Notes under the pieces: model-generated
Database searches by the model: none
The model's input: only the letters and a program-made list of their open reading frames with translations
Told to the model about the DNA's origin: nothing
Translations under genes and position numbers: made by a program
Part shown: one piece after another, positions 12,071 through 24,859 of the stretch
How positions within the stretch are numbered: position 1 is the stretch's first letter
Layout: each line of letters opens with the position of its first letter
Source: Azolla caroliniana
Lineage: Eukaryota > Plantae > Polypodiophyta
Assembly: GCA_043228905.1 (NCBI GenBank)
Contig: JBHGNT010000013.1
Span: 930,001 to 994,000 of the forward strand
Reading direction: 5' to 3'
Length of the DNA stretch: 64,000 nucleotides

Positions 12071-12730
12071 CAATTAAAATGATTGTTTCATTTCAAAATC
12101 AAAATCTAATGAAGTACATATCACATGAATTTGTGAAAACCTATGATTTCATAGAAAGCACCATTTCCTTTTCCCCTTTTTTCCGAAAGGAGAATTTCCT
12201 TCTAAATGTTTAAAATTAATTCACAACTGATTTGCAAAAATAGCTAGCAAGAAGGTATCCTTCATTTCTAGTCACAAATGATTGGCAAATCGTTGCAAAA
12301 ATAGTTGGCAAGAATGCACCAAAATTTCTAGATGTAAAAAAACGTAAACATTTTTTTGCAACCCAAATAATGCTGCAAAAATAGCTAGCAAAATGAGATT
12401 GCGTAGCATGATTGATACTAAGAAATCCAAACAAAAGCAAGCCATTCATCTCCTTTATGAAGGTAAAGAGAAACAAATTCTTGGTTTTATATTCATTTTT
12501 ACATTACAATGAAATCCATCAACGAGAATCTACACTTATTTTATATAGTTCATCATTTGTAAAAATATATTCTATCTACATTAAAAAAACTCCCCTTTCT
12601 TCTAGGGTTGCATTGTCCCTTCACCCATGTTTCCACACAATATTCTTAATGCAATACTACCATTCTCTCAATGGCACAGAAAACTTATTTCTTGCTCACT
12701 CCCATATCCTTTTCCCCATCCAACTATATA

Positions 12731-14030
12731 TTACAACTTCTTTTCATCGTCATTGGAAGCAGTGTCTTCAACCTTTGTTTTGCCAATGTGAAGGGCTTCC
12801 TTAGCTTTATGGGCCATGCCTTCCATGGTCTCTTTTGCTGCTTGGCCAATCTCTTGGATCTTCTCTACACTTGAACTAACCATACCTGAAGTCTTCTCTC
12901 GAGCCTCCTCGACTCTCTCTTTAGTTCTACTGGCCATTTCTCCGGTCTTCTCCTTCAAGTCCTCAGTTGTATCTTTTGCTCTCTCTTTTGCACTATCCAA
13001 AGTATCCCCAGTTGTATCAACCACTTCTTGAGTCTTTGCCTTCGTCTTCTCTTTCCCGTCTTCTAGCTTTTCCTTTGCTTGACCCGTTACGTCTTTGGCC
13101 TTCTCTTTCCCTTCCTCGAGGGTTTCTTTTGCTCGCTCAGTTACATCTTTGGCCTTCTCTTTCCCTTCCTCTAGGGTTTCCTTTGCTTTAAGCTTCCCTC
13201 CTTCAAATCTTTCCTTTGACTCCTCGGAAATATCTCTAGTTCTCTCTTTCCCTTCTTCAATTGTTTCCTTTGCCTTGCCTTTCCCTTCCTCAAACCTCTC
13301 CTTGGCCCCCTCGGCTATATCTCTTGATTTCTCTTTCCCTTCTTCGATAGTTCCCTTTGCTTTGTCTTTCGCTTCACTAGCTTTACCTTTGGCTTCCTCT
13401 GCCACATCGGATGTGGCATTTGTGACATGCTCTTCCTTCTCTTGAGCACTCTGTTCATGAATCCAAACACAACTACAAAATTCATATACAATCAACATTT
13501 TAAAAGCACTATATATGCATACACAATGATAGTATCCACAAACTTTGACATAAACAAAGAAATTCACTCCATGCAAACATGTGCTAAATCATCTTACACT
13601 TAAACACCATTAAAACACACTACATTATACATGCTTGAGCATAAAAACATGAACCAAGAAAAGTGAAAAAATTCAATACATTACTAGCGAAGTCTCGTCG
13701 TTGGACGGACATAGCCATAGATGAACGCGTGCCAATTGGCAACTTCAGTGAGGGCTGCAGACCAATTGGCACCTTGGAATGCAAGACAACTGACACTTGA
13801 GTTGAGGGCAAGACATCGACTCGTGGCACCTTGAACCACATGCCGATTGGTGCCCTAGAACCGGCAACAAGAACTCGACGTGCCAAATACATGTTTAGAT
13901 TGAAATGAGAAATAAGATTCAAATGATTTATCCTTGAAGGAATAGGTTGGGCTAAGATGTTACGAGAAGAGAGGTTATCAAATTTAGGCGTTTCACAAAA
14001 AAGGTTAAAACCTCGAGCTCCAATGGCCAT
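12731..14030 (-). CDS. Group 3 (LEA_4-type) late embryogenesis abundant protein with probable organellar transit peptide; exons 14030-13680 and 13450-12731
   Basis: Exon 2 has K/E/A/T-rich 11/22-mer repeats (KAKETLEEGKEKAKDVTERAKE...); phase-0 GT-AG intron joins ...RRDFASN|SAQEKEE; exon 1 is R/S-rich and acid-poor; true start could be the downstream MYLARR. Confidence 0.8.
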
Positions 14031-14214
14031 GAAACACTAATTAGTGAGAGGGGGATGTGGATTGGAAGAGAAAGGCTCAATGAATACGTTAATATAACGA
14101 GGAGAAGAAAAAGATAACTTCAATGAGAGATGAACTAGGCAAGGAAAGATGGTGCTTGTGTGTCAAGTTTAAGAGGATGCAACACCTAATTTGGTATGTA
14201 GAAAAAAGAAGAAT

Positions 14215-14392
14215 CATTACGTATGCAAGAGGTGGCTATCATGCATTGAGCTCATGACTTCCACCTCTTTGCCACCTAAGCTCATCTCCACGTATTGTGC
14301 ATATTCTATGTATGGGCGCATGAATGCATGTATGTGTGACATGTTCATGTATAAATAATTTGTATCTATCTATGCATGCATGCATGCATGCC
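14215..14392. promoter_or_regulatory. ACGT (ABRE-like) cores and RY repeat (CATG)n upstream of LEA gene
   Basis: TACGTA at ~14218, CACGTA at ~14289, TATGCATGCATGCATGCATG at 14371-14390. Confidence 0.5.
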
Positions 14393-14739
14393 AATATTAC
14401 ATTGAAAGATCACATCCCCATTCATGAACATCTATTGTTTTGTGTAGATATTGATAGAGTTTTTTTCAATTCACATGTGTATAATGCTTCATTTATGTGT
14501 ACGTAACCATGTGCGCATGATTTATATTGTGTGTGTGTGTTTGCCATGGATATATTAATGGTAATTATATTTTAGTTTTAAATTTATTGTTGTAAACAAA
14601 GTACTAGATACATCTGCTTTCTACATGAGTGTTGTGTAGTAAAATCTATGTAAATGAGGAAGTGCATCGAAAGAGACATTGGAGGAGTATTCAAGGTTTT
14701 GTGATCTCCTTCAGCTTGTTACTCTCAAGGAACATTATC

Positions 14740-15075
14740 CCATGCCCATTTCATGGAAAAATACAGGATGGATTTAAAAGATATCCAATCAATTGACATG
14801 AAATGCATGTCCTATATAGCATAAGATTTTGAGAACATACAAAAGATGGTCCATCAGTATCCATGCTTGGTTTCTCACATGTCCCCCATTTGTATGTCCA
14901 TTGTTCCATGCCCATTTCAAGGAAAAATACATTATGGATGTAAAAGGTATTCAATCCATTGACATGAAATGCATGTCCAATCTAGATGACGATTTCAAAA
15001 ACCTACAAAAGATGACATCAATCTACATGTTTGATTCCTCACAATGTCTCCAATTTGTATGCTCACTATGCATCA
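14740..15075. repeat. Diverged ~167-bp tandem duplication
   Basis: CATGCCCATTTCA.GGAAAAATACA...ATTGACATGAAATGCATGTCC at ~14741 and ~14907. Confidence 0.75.
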
Positions 15076-15732
15076 TCGTTGAAATGTCCTAATTTCGACT
15101 TGCAATAATCGTTCTTCGTGGTTCTCATCTAAGGTTTAGGTCTCTCACCAACATTAACATCATGAATTGCTTAAAAACGTATATGTCTCAAATAGCATGC
15201 ATGTTTGCATTGATCAAGATATAATTCTCTTTGTTCTACCTTAAAAGTGAACCATACACATAATGTTGACACAGGTATATGGTCTTTAAAGTATTTCCTT
15301 TGTCCACAATACACTAAGTAGGCACTCAAATTGAAAGTACTTATTGTAAGTTCTATTACCAGAAGTTTGTGAATTACCATCTAAACCTAGATAACCTTCA
15401 AGAAACTTTGTTTGAAGAATGTTAAGTATGTATGTTGCACTTGTCTACTACAAGGATTTGTACAAAGGATATAGAAAGGGTAGTATAAGAAAAGGTAAAG
15501 CCTTGTATCTTCCCTAGTGGGAAAATGGAAAGGCAAAATCACTTAAATATAAAGTATAAAATCCAAAATTTTAACTCTCCCAGCTCCAAGTGCATGAAGA
15601 TTTGTTTATAAATTGCTTCACAATTATGACAAACCACTAAAACAACTCACCTTTGTAGGATGACATTAGGCGAGCCTTGTAAAGAATCGAGGGTTTCTGT
15701 GCAACGGAAGGTGTGTGTATGTGTTGTGTAGT

Positions 15733-15769
<37 letters not shown>

Positions 15770-15774
15770 TCAGA

Positions 15775-15845
15775 TGGATGTAGCTCAGCTGGTAAGGTTG
15801 CCCAATGGAGACCAGGTGGTCATGGGTTCAACCCCTACATTCCAC
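15775..15845 (+). other. tRNA-derived (SINE-head-like) sequence
   Basis: A box TAGCTCAGCTGGT, B box GGTTCAACCC, partial acceptor pairing; anticodon arm not intact. Confidence 0.6.
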
Positions 15846-15894
15846 AGTGGCATCTAGTGAATTAAGAGATATATAAGAAGTATATAATAGAGAG

Positions 15895-15965
15895 GTGAAG
15901 AAGTTGGGTTTCAAACCCACAACGCAGTGCTTGTAGTGCTAACAACTTACCACTAGGGTAAGGTA
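15895..15965 (-). other. Second, convergent degenerate tRNA-like sequence
   Basis: Minus strand TACCCTAGTGGTA...GTGGGTTTGAAACCCA (A-box-like, B-box-like, T stem). Confidence 0.45.
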
Positions 15966-15973
15966 ATTACGAT

Positions 15974-16024
<51 letters not shown>

Positions 16025-16467
16025 TCGAGCTCGCTCGCTCTTGAAATGGTTATGGAGTAAGTCTATCTTCCTTTAATTGGGTTTTTGCACATATGGAGAA
16101 CAATGAACCGATGCCTCATTTTCAAATTATTTTTGAGTTCTTGAGGTATTGGGGGCTATGGTTCAATTGGAATATGCGGAATGCCTTCATTTTTTATTCG
16201 CAAGTTGGGGTGAGAAAATATGTTCTTAAGTTAAAAGGACTTCTTTTGTGGCAATTGATAGTGCTAGAGAAGTCACAAAATCTCAACCAAGAAGAGAGAG
16301 AACTCTGCAAGGTCACATATCATCATATTCGCCATTTGAATTGGTGTGTAGGGTGTTGAGTTTGGTGTCGTAGTTTTCTTTAGATCCCTAGATAGAAGGG
16401 GTTCTATAGTTTGTTGTAAGTTAGTCATGGTGGTGTTTTTTCTTTCGTAATGAAAGCCATTATTTAC

Positions 16468-19400
16468 GAAGAGAAAGAAAGAAAGAAAGAAAGATATATT
16501 AACGTCTTCTAAGGCCAAAATTGGCCCATGAGACAAATGGTTTACAACAAAAATGGGATATTTACCCATTCATCGAAGTAAAAATAAAAATAAGATGAAA
16601 AATAGAGTTTAAGCTAAATAGTTCTAAAAAATAACAAACATGTTTTATATAGAAACATGTTCTACTACAATGAAAATGGTGTTATACAATTGTTATTTTC
16701 ATTTCCATCCAAGTCGCTCGAAGAGAAGCGGAAGTTCAAAGGGTTGCGATGTGGATGTGGCCCGTGGTCCCCATGTAAGAGGTACCCCAACCATAGCTTC
16801 TAGTCGACGTAGCTCACGTTCCCTTATCTTCTTAATCTTGTCTACTCCACGTTGACTTGTTTTGAAGCCCAACATTCGAGGGCGTTTCGTTGTTCTTTGC
16901 ATTTCTGCTTCCTCAAGGGAGAGGCCGAGCGGCGTAAGTGTATCCACATTCATCGTCTCCCCTTGTTCTTGAAAAATTACACTAGTTACATGGTGATGAA
17001 TACTAAGAGGGTTATCGTTAGCACTTTGTAATTTATTCTCCCTATGTTGTTTTAGGTCTAAGATATATCTACCTAGTCTCTTTACATTCGGGGTATCTAA
17101 TAGTTTGGAGAGGGTGGGAGAGGGTCCTAGTATGTCTTGGTATTCTGCTCGTATCTCGGCATAAGTTGGGCATTTGCATGTGAAGTGATACTCATCCTCT
17201 ATCTCTATGTGGCATAACCTACATAACCTTTCCTCTCTAGGGACTCTATTAGCTCGACCATTCTCAATCTCAAGTTGGTGAGATGATATCCTAAGTTGTC
17301 CAATGGCCACCCTTAGTGCATTTGATAAGAATGTATCTAAATATCTTGGTCGTGTAATAAAGCCTAGCGTAGAGAAGCGCAATAAGTGTTCCTTATAGTA
17401 CACCATTTTAGATGGGAGTGGTTCTCGTGGGGTGATCCATTTGTATCGAGTGTAAATTTGCCATATTTCTTGGCGTATCACTTTATTACGATCTTCGTGA
17501 GAGATTAAAGTTTGATCAGTCCCATGGTTGTACTTAAGGGGAGGTAGGTTATTAATGTCTATGCCGTTCGCACGGAGCCAACTCACCACGATGCTATACC
17601 AAGAGCTAGTGTCGCCAGACACATATAAAGATCGAGACGCCTCAAAGGCTCGACGGGATATCCTATCTTGTGGTTGGCTATGTATCCGATGAATAAAAAC
17701 TACCACTTGAAAGAGTGCTTCTACTAACATCGGGGGTAGACTGAACTCGGCTCTAATAATGTCATGTGGTACTGTCGATTTGCTTCGGAGTTGACGTGAT
17801 AACATCGTCACTAAAGGTCTCTCTAATTGCGTCCACATGAAAGATGGTAAACCTGGAGCCCATACTACTGATGCATACATGAGGGACGGGGTCACTAATG
17901 AGTCAAAAAGCCATCCCTTAGTCCGTGGCTCTTGAAAGTATGCCTGATGGCATTGTCTCTCTAAGAGTGAGAGGGATGCATACCCTCTCGTTAGCCTATC
18001 TTTGGCTGCCTGGGTCATCGAGAATTTACCTGAGCGAGCACTAAAGGTGACTCCCAAGTATACATACGATCCCACTACCTCAACTGGTTTATGAGAGAGG
18101 ATTAGGTGACATTGACTCCTAACTCGGGACGATGTATGAAAGATAAGGACTTTAGTTTTCGCTAAATTCACTACCAGTCCTCGTTGTGTACAAAAGTCAT
18201 CCAGGGCATTAAGATGCTTTTGTAGGTCGTGTTCCGACTCTGAGAGCAAGACAATGTCGTCTGCGTAGAGTAAGAGACTAACTTGCGTCTCCCCAATAGC
18301 TACTCCCTTGCCTCCCTTACGAGCAATAAAATCAGTGATCTCATCAATGTAGATCCCAAAAAGAGTCGGTGATAGGGGGCAACCCTGTTTTACACCAATG
18401 GTGCTAGTGAAACAATCGGATAGGCCACCTGGGCATCTTACACACCTAGAGACTTGCTCATATAGGGCATAAATGGCCCAGATCATGTCATCTGGTATCT
18501 CCAAGCTCTTAAGTCTATCAAACAACCTTTCCCTAGGAACCGTGTCAAAGGCCTTGCGAAAGTCCACAAAGCAACAATATAGTTTCTTCTTACGAGCCTT
18601 TGTCTGGTCAATTAAGCACTTGAGTGTGAAGATATGGTCAATAGTGGAGAAGGCTCGTCTAAAGCCAGCTTGCTCAGGTGCTCGAAGACTTAATGTTTCC
18701 ATATAATCACTGAGCTCCGCTTCCATTACTGCACCATATAGTTTAGCGAGCGTATGACCTATCATAACGGTCCTATATGTATTTGGGTCCATTGAGTCCC
18801 CTCCTTTATGTATAGGGGCCACTGTGTTCATGGCCCATTGTGGTGGAAAACCCTTGGCGAGGGCGCGGTTGAAGATTAGAGCGAGAAGGGGGGCTAGGCA
18901 CTCTCGAGCATATATGATGTGCTCGACACACAATCCTGTGTGGTCCATGGATTTCCTATGTTGTAATTTTTTGATGACCTTCGTGACCCTAGAGGTCGTG
19001 AAAAGTGTCCCCATGGTAGGTCGAGGTGTGGAGGGCATTGGAATGGGTGGTTGGTTCGGGACATGGTAGAGTCTCTCAATATATGTGTGCCAAATATTGG
19101 GATCCTCGATGGGTGTTTGTGGTCTCGGTTCCCGTAGCCTCTTCCATGCGAGGGCACAATCCCTACTCATGAGCATATGGTAGAGTTCCCAATATTGAGA
19201 TGCTTCCCAAGCCCGTCTTTTACGACGTGTCATCTTGCGCATCTCTTTGCGAGCCTGTACTGAGGAAATAGTACCACTAAGCCGCGATACTTTAAGTTGT
19301 CTATACAACTCTCTACAATCCTCATCATACCACTTGTTCTGTGGCATAGACCCAACTCTACTATGATTGGAGTCTTTCGTGTATGGGAAGCTACTAGTTG

Positions 19401-19948
19401 CTGCTGAGTGGAGGATGTGTGTGAGTTCTGTAGTGAGGTGCTCTAAAGGCAAGGAAGAATCAAAAGAGGAGAGATGCGCTTGAACATGTCGAGAATAGAT
19501 GTCAGCGAGCTCATGCGTGAAATGTATTATAGTGCGATGGGTTGGTTTACTAGAGTTGGTGGCGTGGGAGGCGTCACATTTTAGCTCAAAGTATAGGAAG
19601 CTATGGTCTGCGCCAATGGGGCATGGGGCCACCCGGAAGGAGCTAACCATGTGGGTAGCTTCAGGGCGTCCTATTAGGTAATCAACTGTGCTTTCCCCTC
19701 CTCCATGTGGGAAACATGTGAGCTCTTCCGAGCCCGGCCACTTGGCTAAGCCATTATATATGATCATCTGGTGTCGGCTTCCAAGTTCAAGCAGATGATG
19801 GCCAAAGCTTGTGGCGTCCGCACCTTGATCTTTTGATGTACGTGTTATGCCTAAGGCTAAAGGGTTGACATTCACCATTTCTAGGTTTCTATCCATCTGA
19901 AATATTGTGCATTGGCGGGATTGGGTTCTCGCATTGAAATCTCCTACA

Positions 19949-19950
<2 letters not shown>
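16468..19950 (-). mobile_element. Non-LTR retrotransposon (RTE/RTEX-like LINE), 5'-truncated within the endonuclease, with (TTTC)n 3' tail
   Basis: Open frame with APE motifs (GDFNAR, STVDY, GADH), RT (FVDFRKAFD, GVKQGCPLSP, YADD, YLG) and a C-terminal CxxC..EDEYHFxxxCP knuckle; 3' UTR ends in (TTTC)n; 5' end abuts (GA)20 at 19951-19990. Confidence 0.93.
16699..19950 (-). CDS. LINE endonuclease-RT polyprotein, uninterrupted but lacking its native start
   Basis: 1099-aa ORF; its N-terminal LSLSLS is read-through of the microsatellite. Confidence 0.85.
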
Positions 19951-19992
<42 letters not shown>

Positions 19993-21891
19993 ACACAATT
20001 ATACAGAAAACCAGAAAGCTGTGTTAACAAGAGAAAAAATACAACCAACAGTTACAAAGAGTAGGTGACGATGCTTATGTAGTCACCTTCTCTCTATGTT
20101 CTCACACTACAACCACCACTTTAAAGAGAGGTGGAGACTTAACTATCTACTAAATACGTGTCATAGAGCCTTGAAGTTCTATGACATATTAGTTACTATA
20201 CTAAGAGGTGGGGTGTTTGGGTGAAAGCATGGGAATGGGAACAATTAGTTGTGTCCTTAACATAACTAATTACCTATGCAAAAAGCTGCATGTAATTTGC
20301 ATATTTTGGCAAAATTTTAGGGATGATTAAAATGTGATCTCAAATAAAGACCAACTAAAATGTAGGCCATAAATGGTAATATTTCCATCCCCATAATAAT
20401 TGATATGTATCTTTAAGATTTCGGCCGACTATTGCTTCGGTCGCTTGTCCGACTGTTGCTCTGACCGCTTGTCTGACTGTTGTTTTCCTTTGTCAGACTG
20501 CTCTTCTTGGCCGTTGGTCCCGGGTAGGCTGTCTATTCTGGCTGTTGTCATCTATCTTTGTCATTGTTGTTCATCGTCGTTGCTTAGCCCTGTTTAGTCA
20601 TCGTCGTCTTCGTTCGACGTTGTCCAGTACCTATCCGTCCATTCTGTGTCTACTCGCTCCGTCTTCGTCCGACACTGTGTTTGTTTGGCATGTTCGGTTG
20701 TGCCTTCATCTTTCTGTCCGTTTTTTATTGTTTGTCCGGTTGTCCGGCCACTCCGACCGATGTTTTGCCATTTCGGCCACTTTGGTCGCTCTTCGGTCAT
20801 TTTGGCCATTTTCAGTTTGTTCCGGCCACCTTTGTTGTCCAGTTCTTTGTCTGGCCCGTTCCGGTCGGTTGTCTAGTCTAGGCCGTCCTCTGTTCGGCCG
20901 CATCTCCATCCTTGTTGGTTCGTGCCTCTATGGTCCAACCTGTGTGGTAACCTCGTTCTGTTTTGGTTGTGTCCTTGTTCTGGTTCGATCGTGTCTGGTC
21001 CATCAAAATCTCCTTCTCCTTCTTCTATGACCCTTCTATGTTAACCAACTCTGGTTTTGGTTCTGATTCCGGTTCCGGATGTCTCTACATCACTTCTTCT
21101 GGAACCATCTCCTGTACGTCCTTTGCACTTCCTGCCGACCTCCACTCCACACACTGCTTCTTCCTTCGTAGTCTCTTGGTGGGCTTCTCTTTCCGGTCGT
21201 GCTGGCACCGATTCCCCTCTATTACTTGTATCCAGAGTTTCTTTGTTGGTTCCTTCTTTGTTGTTCGTCTGGCCGTCTTTCTAGTTGTCTCTCGCACCAT
21301 GTTATCCCGCACACACACGTTGTCGCTAACCACACATTTGCACATATGTCGTTCCCATTCTCTCACTCTCACATATCGTCATCATTTCCTCCACTTACAC
21401 ACAAACATCATTGCCGTTCTCACACATTTTGTTGTTGATTCCATTTTGCGCTCTCTCGCACATTGTCGTTGCATAGCATTCATTGACATCTTCCAATCCA
21501 AACATCTTCACCATTTCTTGCACAATCGCAGACATAATGTTGCAATTACTTGCGCATTGTAATGCCGCATATCATTTCGTGACTTCCTCTTGCACATCTT
21601 TGTCATCATTACTTGCACATTTCTGCTGCATATATGCATTGACTTCGTCCAAAGAGGGATTCTTCATTGTGGTCGCCCAAAAAGTGTTAATGGTTTTAGG
21701 GTTATGGTAAAGGATGATAATAATAAAGATGGAAATAGGGTTAATGATGATCATTGATAATGAAGATTGAAATGGTGATTGTGATGATAATAGGGCAGTG
21801 ATGGGGATTGAGATGGCAAAGATGTTGAGAAGCATTGTGGGGTGGGGGGTGGTGCCTAGAATGGGTCCACTCCCCTCCCAAGGGGGTTCAA

Positions 21892-21904
21892 TGTAAGGGA
21901 AGAG

Positions 21905-21935
<31 letters not shown>

Positions 21936-22484
21936 GATTGAGAGAGAAATCTTCCTTATGTCTTTCATTCATTCCCCATAAGGGGTTAAATAGTTACAAG
22001 AGGGGGTAGATACATAGGGGTGCAAACCCCTTTTGCCATTCAGACTAATCACTCACTCACACCTCCTTGTATCTGTCCACATGCACACACGTATCTACTC
22101 ACACTCACATATACACGTGTACACATACGTATCTACTCACACTCACAATTACACTTGTGCACATACACATACACACCAACACATTACATCTCTTACCCTC
22201 ACTTATCAATCTCCCGTATGTCTCGTACGGTAACACATAAGGGGTTAAATAGTTACAAGAGGGGGTAGATACATAGGGGTGCAAGCCCCCTTCACCATTC
22301 ACACTAGTCACTCACTAACACCTCCTCGTATCTGTCAACATGCACACACGTGTGCATGTGTACACATACATACCTACTCACACTCACAATTACACTTGTA
22401 CACATACACATACACATCAACACATACATCTCTCACCCTCACTTATCACACTTATCAATCTCCCATACGTCTCGTACCGTAACA
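21892..22484 (-). repeat. LTR-like sequence with a tandemly duplicated ~250-bp outer segment
   Basis: Units ~21976-22235 and 22236-22484, each beginning TGTTAC.GTACGAGAC on the minus strand; candidate ...TTACA end at ~21892. Confidence 0.55.
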
Positions 22485-22489
22485 AATTT

Positions 22490-22800
22490 CAATCGGGAGG
22501 GGTAGTGACAAGCTTACACTTTGTCATCCCAAACTTGAAGAGCATATTGAGAATATAGTGTCATTGGGAGATCATGATACCATAAGGAGTCTAAATTACT
22601 TCTATACCTAGAAAGTAATGGTGTTCCTTCATGTCTTTCATTTCGAATCGGCTAGAGAGTAGCTTTTTGATATGTTCGATATCTACTAAATGCTCTCCTC
22701 CAATAACCAAGTCATCCACATATATTATGATAAATACCTGTCCTCTGGAGTCGCTTCAGATGAACAAAGAATTGTCCGATTTGGTGAAGATATTGCATTT
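22490..22800 (-). mobile_element. copia RT fragment
   Basis: Minus-strand translation ...YVDDLVIGG...IKKLLSSRFEMKDM...YFLGIE. Confidence 0.65.
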
Positions 22801-22959
22801 TCTTCGAGTGCCATGATCTAGGTGCTTGCTTGATGTTGTAGAGATGCTTTTTGAGTCGTCAGACAGTAGCCGGATGCGTACTCGACTTGAATTCAGGTGG
22901 TTGTTGTTAGGTATACGTCCATCCTGTGGGAGGAGCCGATTGTTCGGTTGAGTAAGAGC

Positions 22960-24800
22960 CGACAATCGAAGACAAGGAGTAGCTGACTTTTCGGGCTGAG
23001 AGCCGACAATTGAAGACACGAAGAGTCGACATGGAGAGTCAACTAGGAAAGTTGATTATATATATAAGTGATCCAAGTTGAAGACACGACTGACTAGATG
23101 GTCAATGACAATTGCCCTCCTATCGAGCTTGCCGGCAAGTTGGGAGGTATTCTGTACGACATACGCCAATAGTCGACCGATCCTAAATTTGGATGAGATG
23201 ATCGGCCAAGTCCTCACCGAGGACATTCGGCAAAAATTGATGGGACTTACCATCGACGAATCGGCAGAAGCCATCACTCGACCGACAGAGTCGAACGAGA
23301 GAACAAGCTAAGAGAACCAGTCGGAATACCAACCGATCAAAATCGAGGGGAAACTGACAACGGTCGAAGTCGGGAATGGGCCGATCAGGCGAATTCTGCA
23401 CACATTGCAGAAAAGTTGGCCACAATGTTTTGAACTGCCGATCAATCAAGAGGAAAGAGAGTAGTCGGCGATCCGAGTGGAATCCAGGATGACCCAACTC
23501 GGACCACTCCCCAGTCGGCAACCAAATCAACATTGCTGACTCCCGATCAGGAGAAGTTCTCTTCTTAGAGGATTCAGTGATCGGAGAAGTCCTCTACAGT
23601 GCACAGGATGCACACACGTGGCTACTGGATTCTGGTGCCACATTTCACGTGGACCCCAACATAGAATGGTTTTCGAACTATTCGACCGACACTAGTGGCA
23701 CAATCCGTCTAGGCAACGGGCAGGAGTGCAGAATTGTAGGGACGGGAGAGGTTCCCATTCGATTGCCAAATGGCAAGTTGCAACACAATAACCCTGCACC
23801 GAGTTCGGCATGTACCTGATCTGAAAAGGAGTCTGGTCTCCATCGGCATGCTAGCCGAAGATGGGTACAAAATGACTCTAAGTGAGTCGGTATGGATGAT
23901 CAATCAAGGAAACCTGAAGATAGGAGGCGGGCACAAGTACACCAACCTGTACCCATTAATGGCGATCAATGTAGAAGGGGCAATGAACTTAGCCGAAAAG
24001 ACTAATCCAAACTTATGGCATGGCCGACTCGGTCACAAGTCTCAAGCTGGACTTGATCGGCTGATGGCAGTAGGCTACATCCCAAAACTCCAAGCGAAGA
24101 TGAACTTCTGCGAGCATTGTCAATACGGGAAATAGATCCGAAGTCTGCATACTCTCAACTATGAGACGATACGACAACCCCTAAAGCTCGTGCACACAGA
24201 TATCCTTCAACGGACAAGGAGAGAGAGCTTAATGGAAAGATGCCCTACGCATCGGGCATAGGAAGTATCATGTACGCAATGGTGGTGACCCGACCCGACC
24301 TAGCCTATGTTGTAGGAGTGGTCAACCGGTACATGTCAAACCCAAGATGGAAGCATTGGGAGGCCTTCAAGCACATCTTCAGGTACATGAGAGGGACCGA
24401 AGATACACAGTTGACTTTCAGAGTAACAACCTTAGCCAAAGTCGAAGGCTACACTGATTCCGACTATGCCGGGAATACGGACAATCGGAAATTGAGATAA
24501 GGTTACATCTTCACCTATGGTGGTGGTGCGATATCATGGAGGTCGAAACTTCAAGAGTGCAATACACCCCATCAGCAATCCCGTCTATCATGCAAAGACG
24601 AAGCATATTGAGGTGCGGTATCATCACATCCGGGAGCTCACAACCAAGAAGAAGCTCAAAGTCTGGAAGATCGACACTGAGGTGAACATCGTCGATTGCT
24701 TGACAAAGCCACTCCCAGATCAACGCTTTGGAGCACTAAGGAAAAAGATGGGACTACGATAAGCAACCGAGCAGAAGAAAGTTGAATGAGGAGCAGAAGG
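22960..24800 (+). mobile_element. Degenerate, internally deleted copia (gag knuckle, protease WLLDSGAT, pre-integrase, RT/RNase H end)
   Basis: ORFs 23078-23311, 23577-23819, 23770-24135, 24240-24500, 24517-24762 with copia motifs. Confidence 0.85.
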
Positions 24801-24859
24801 TAAGAGTATGTAAATATTAGTGACCTACCCTCACCTACGTTATGTGTACATAACATACT

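Noticed and set aside
13451-13576. Hydrophobic N-terminus of ORF 12731-13576
   Set aside because: Read-through of the LEA intron; AG acceptor at 13452-13451
15775-15965. Functional tRNA genes
   Set aside because: Cloverleaves are incomplete
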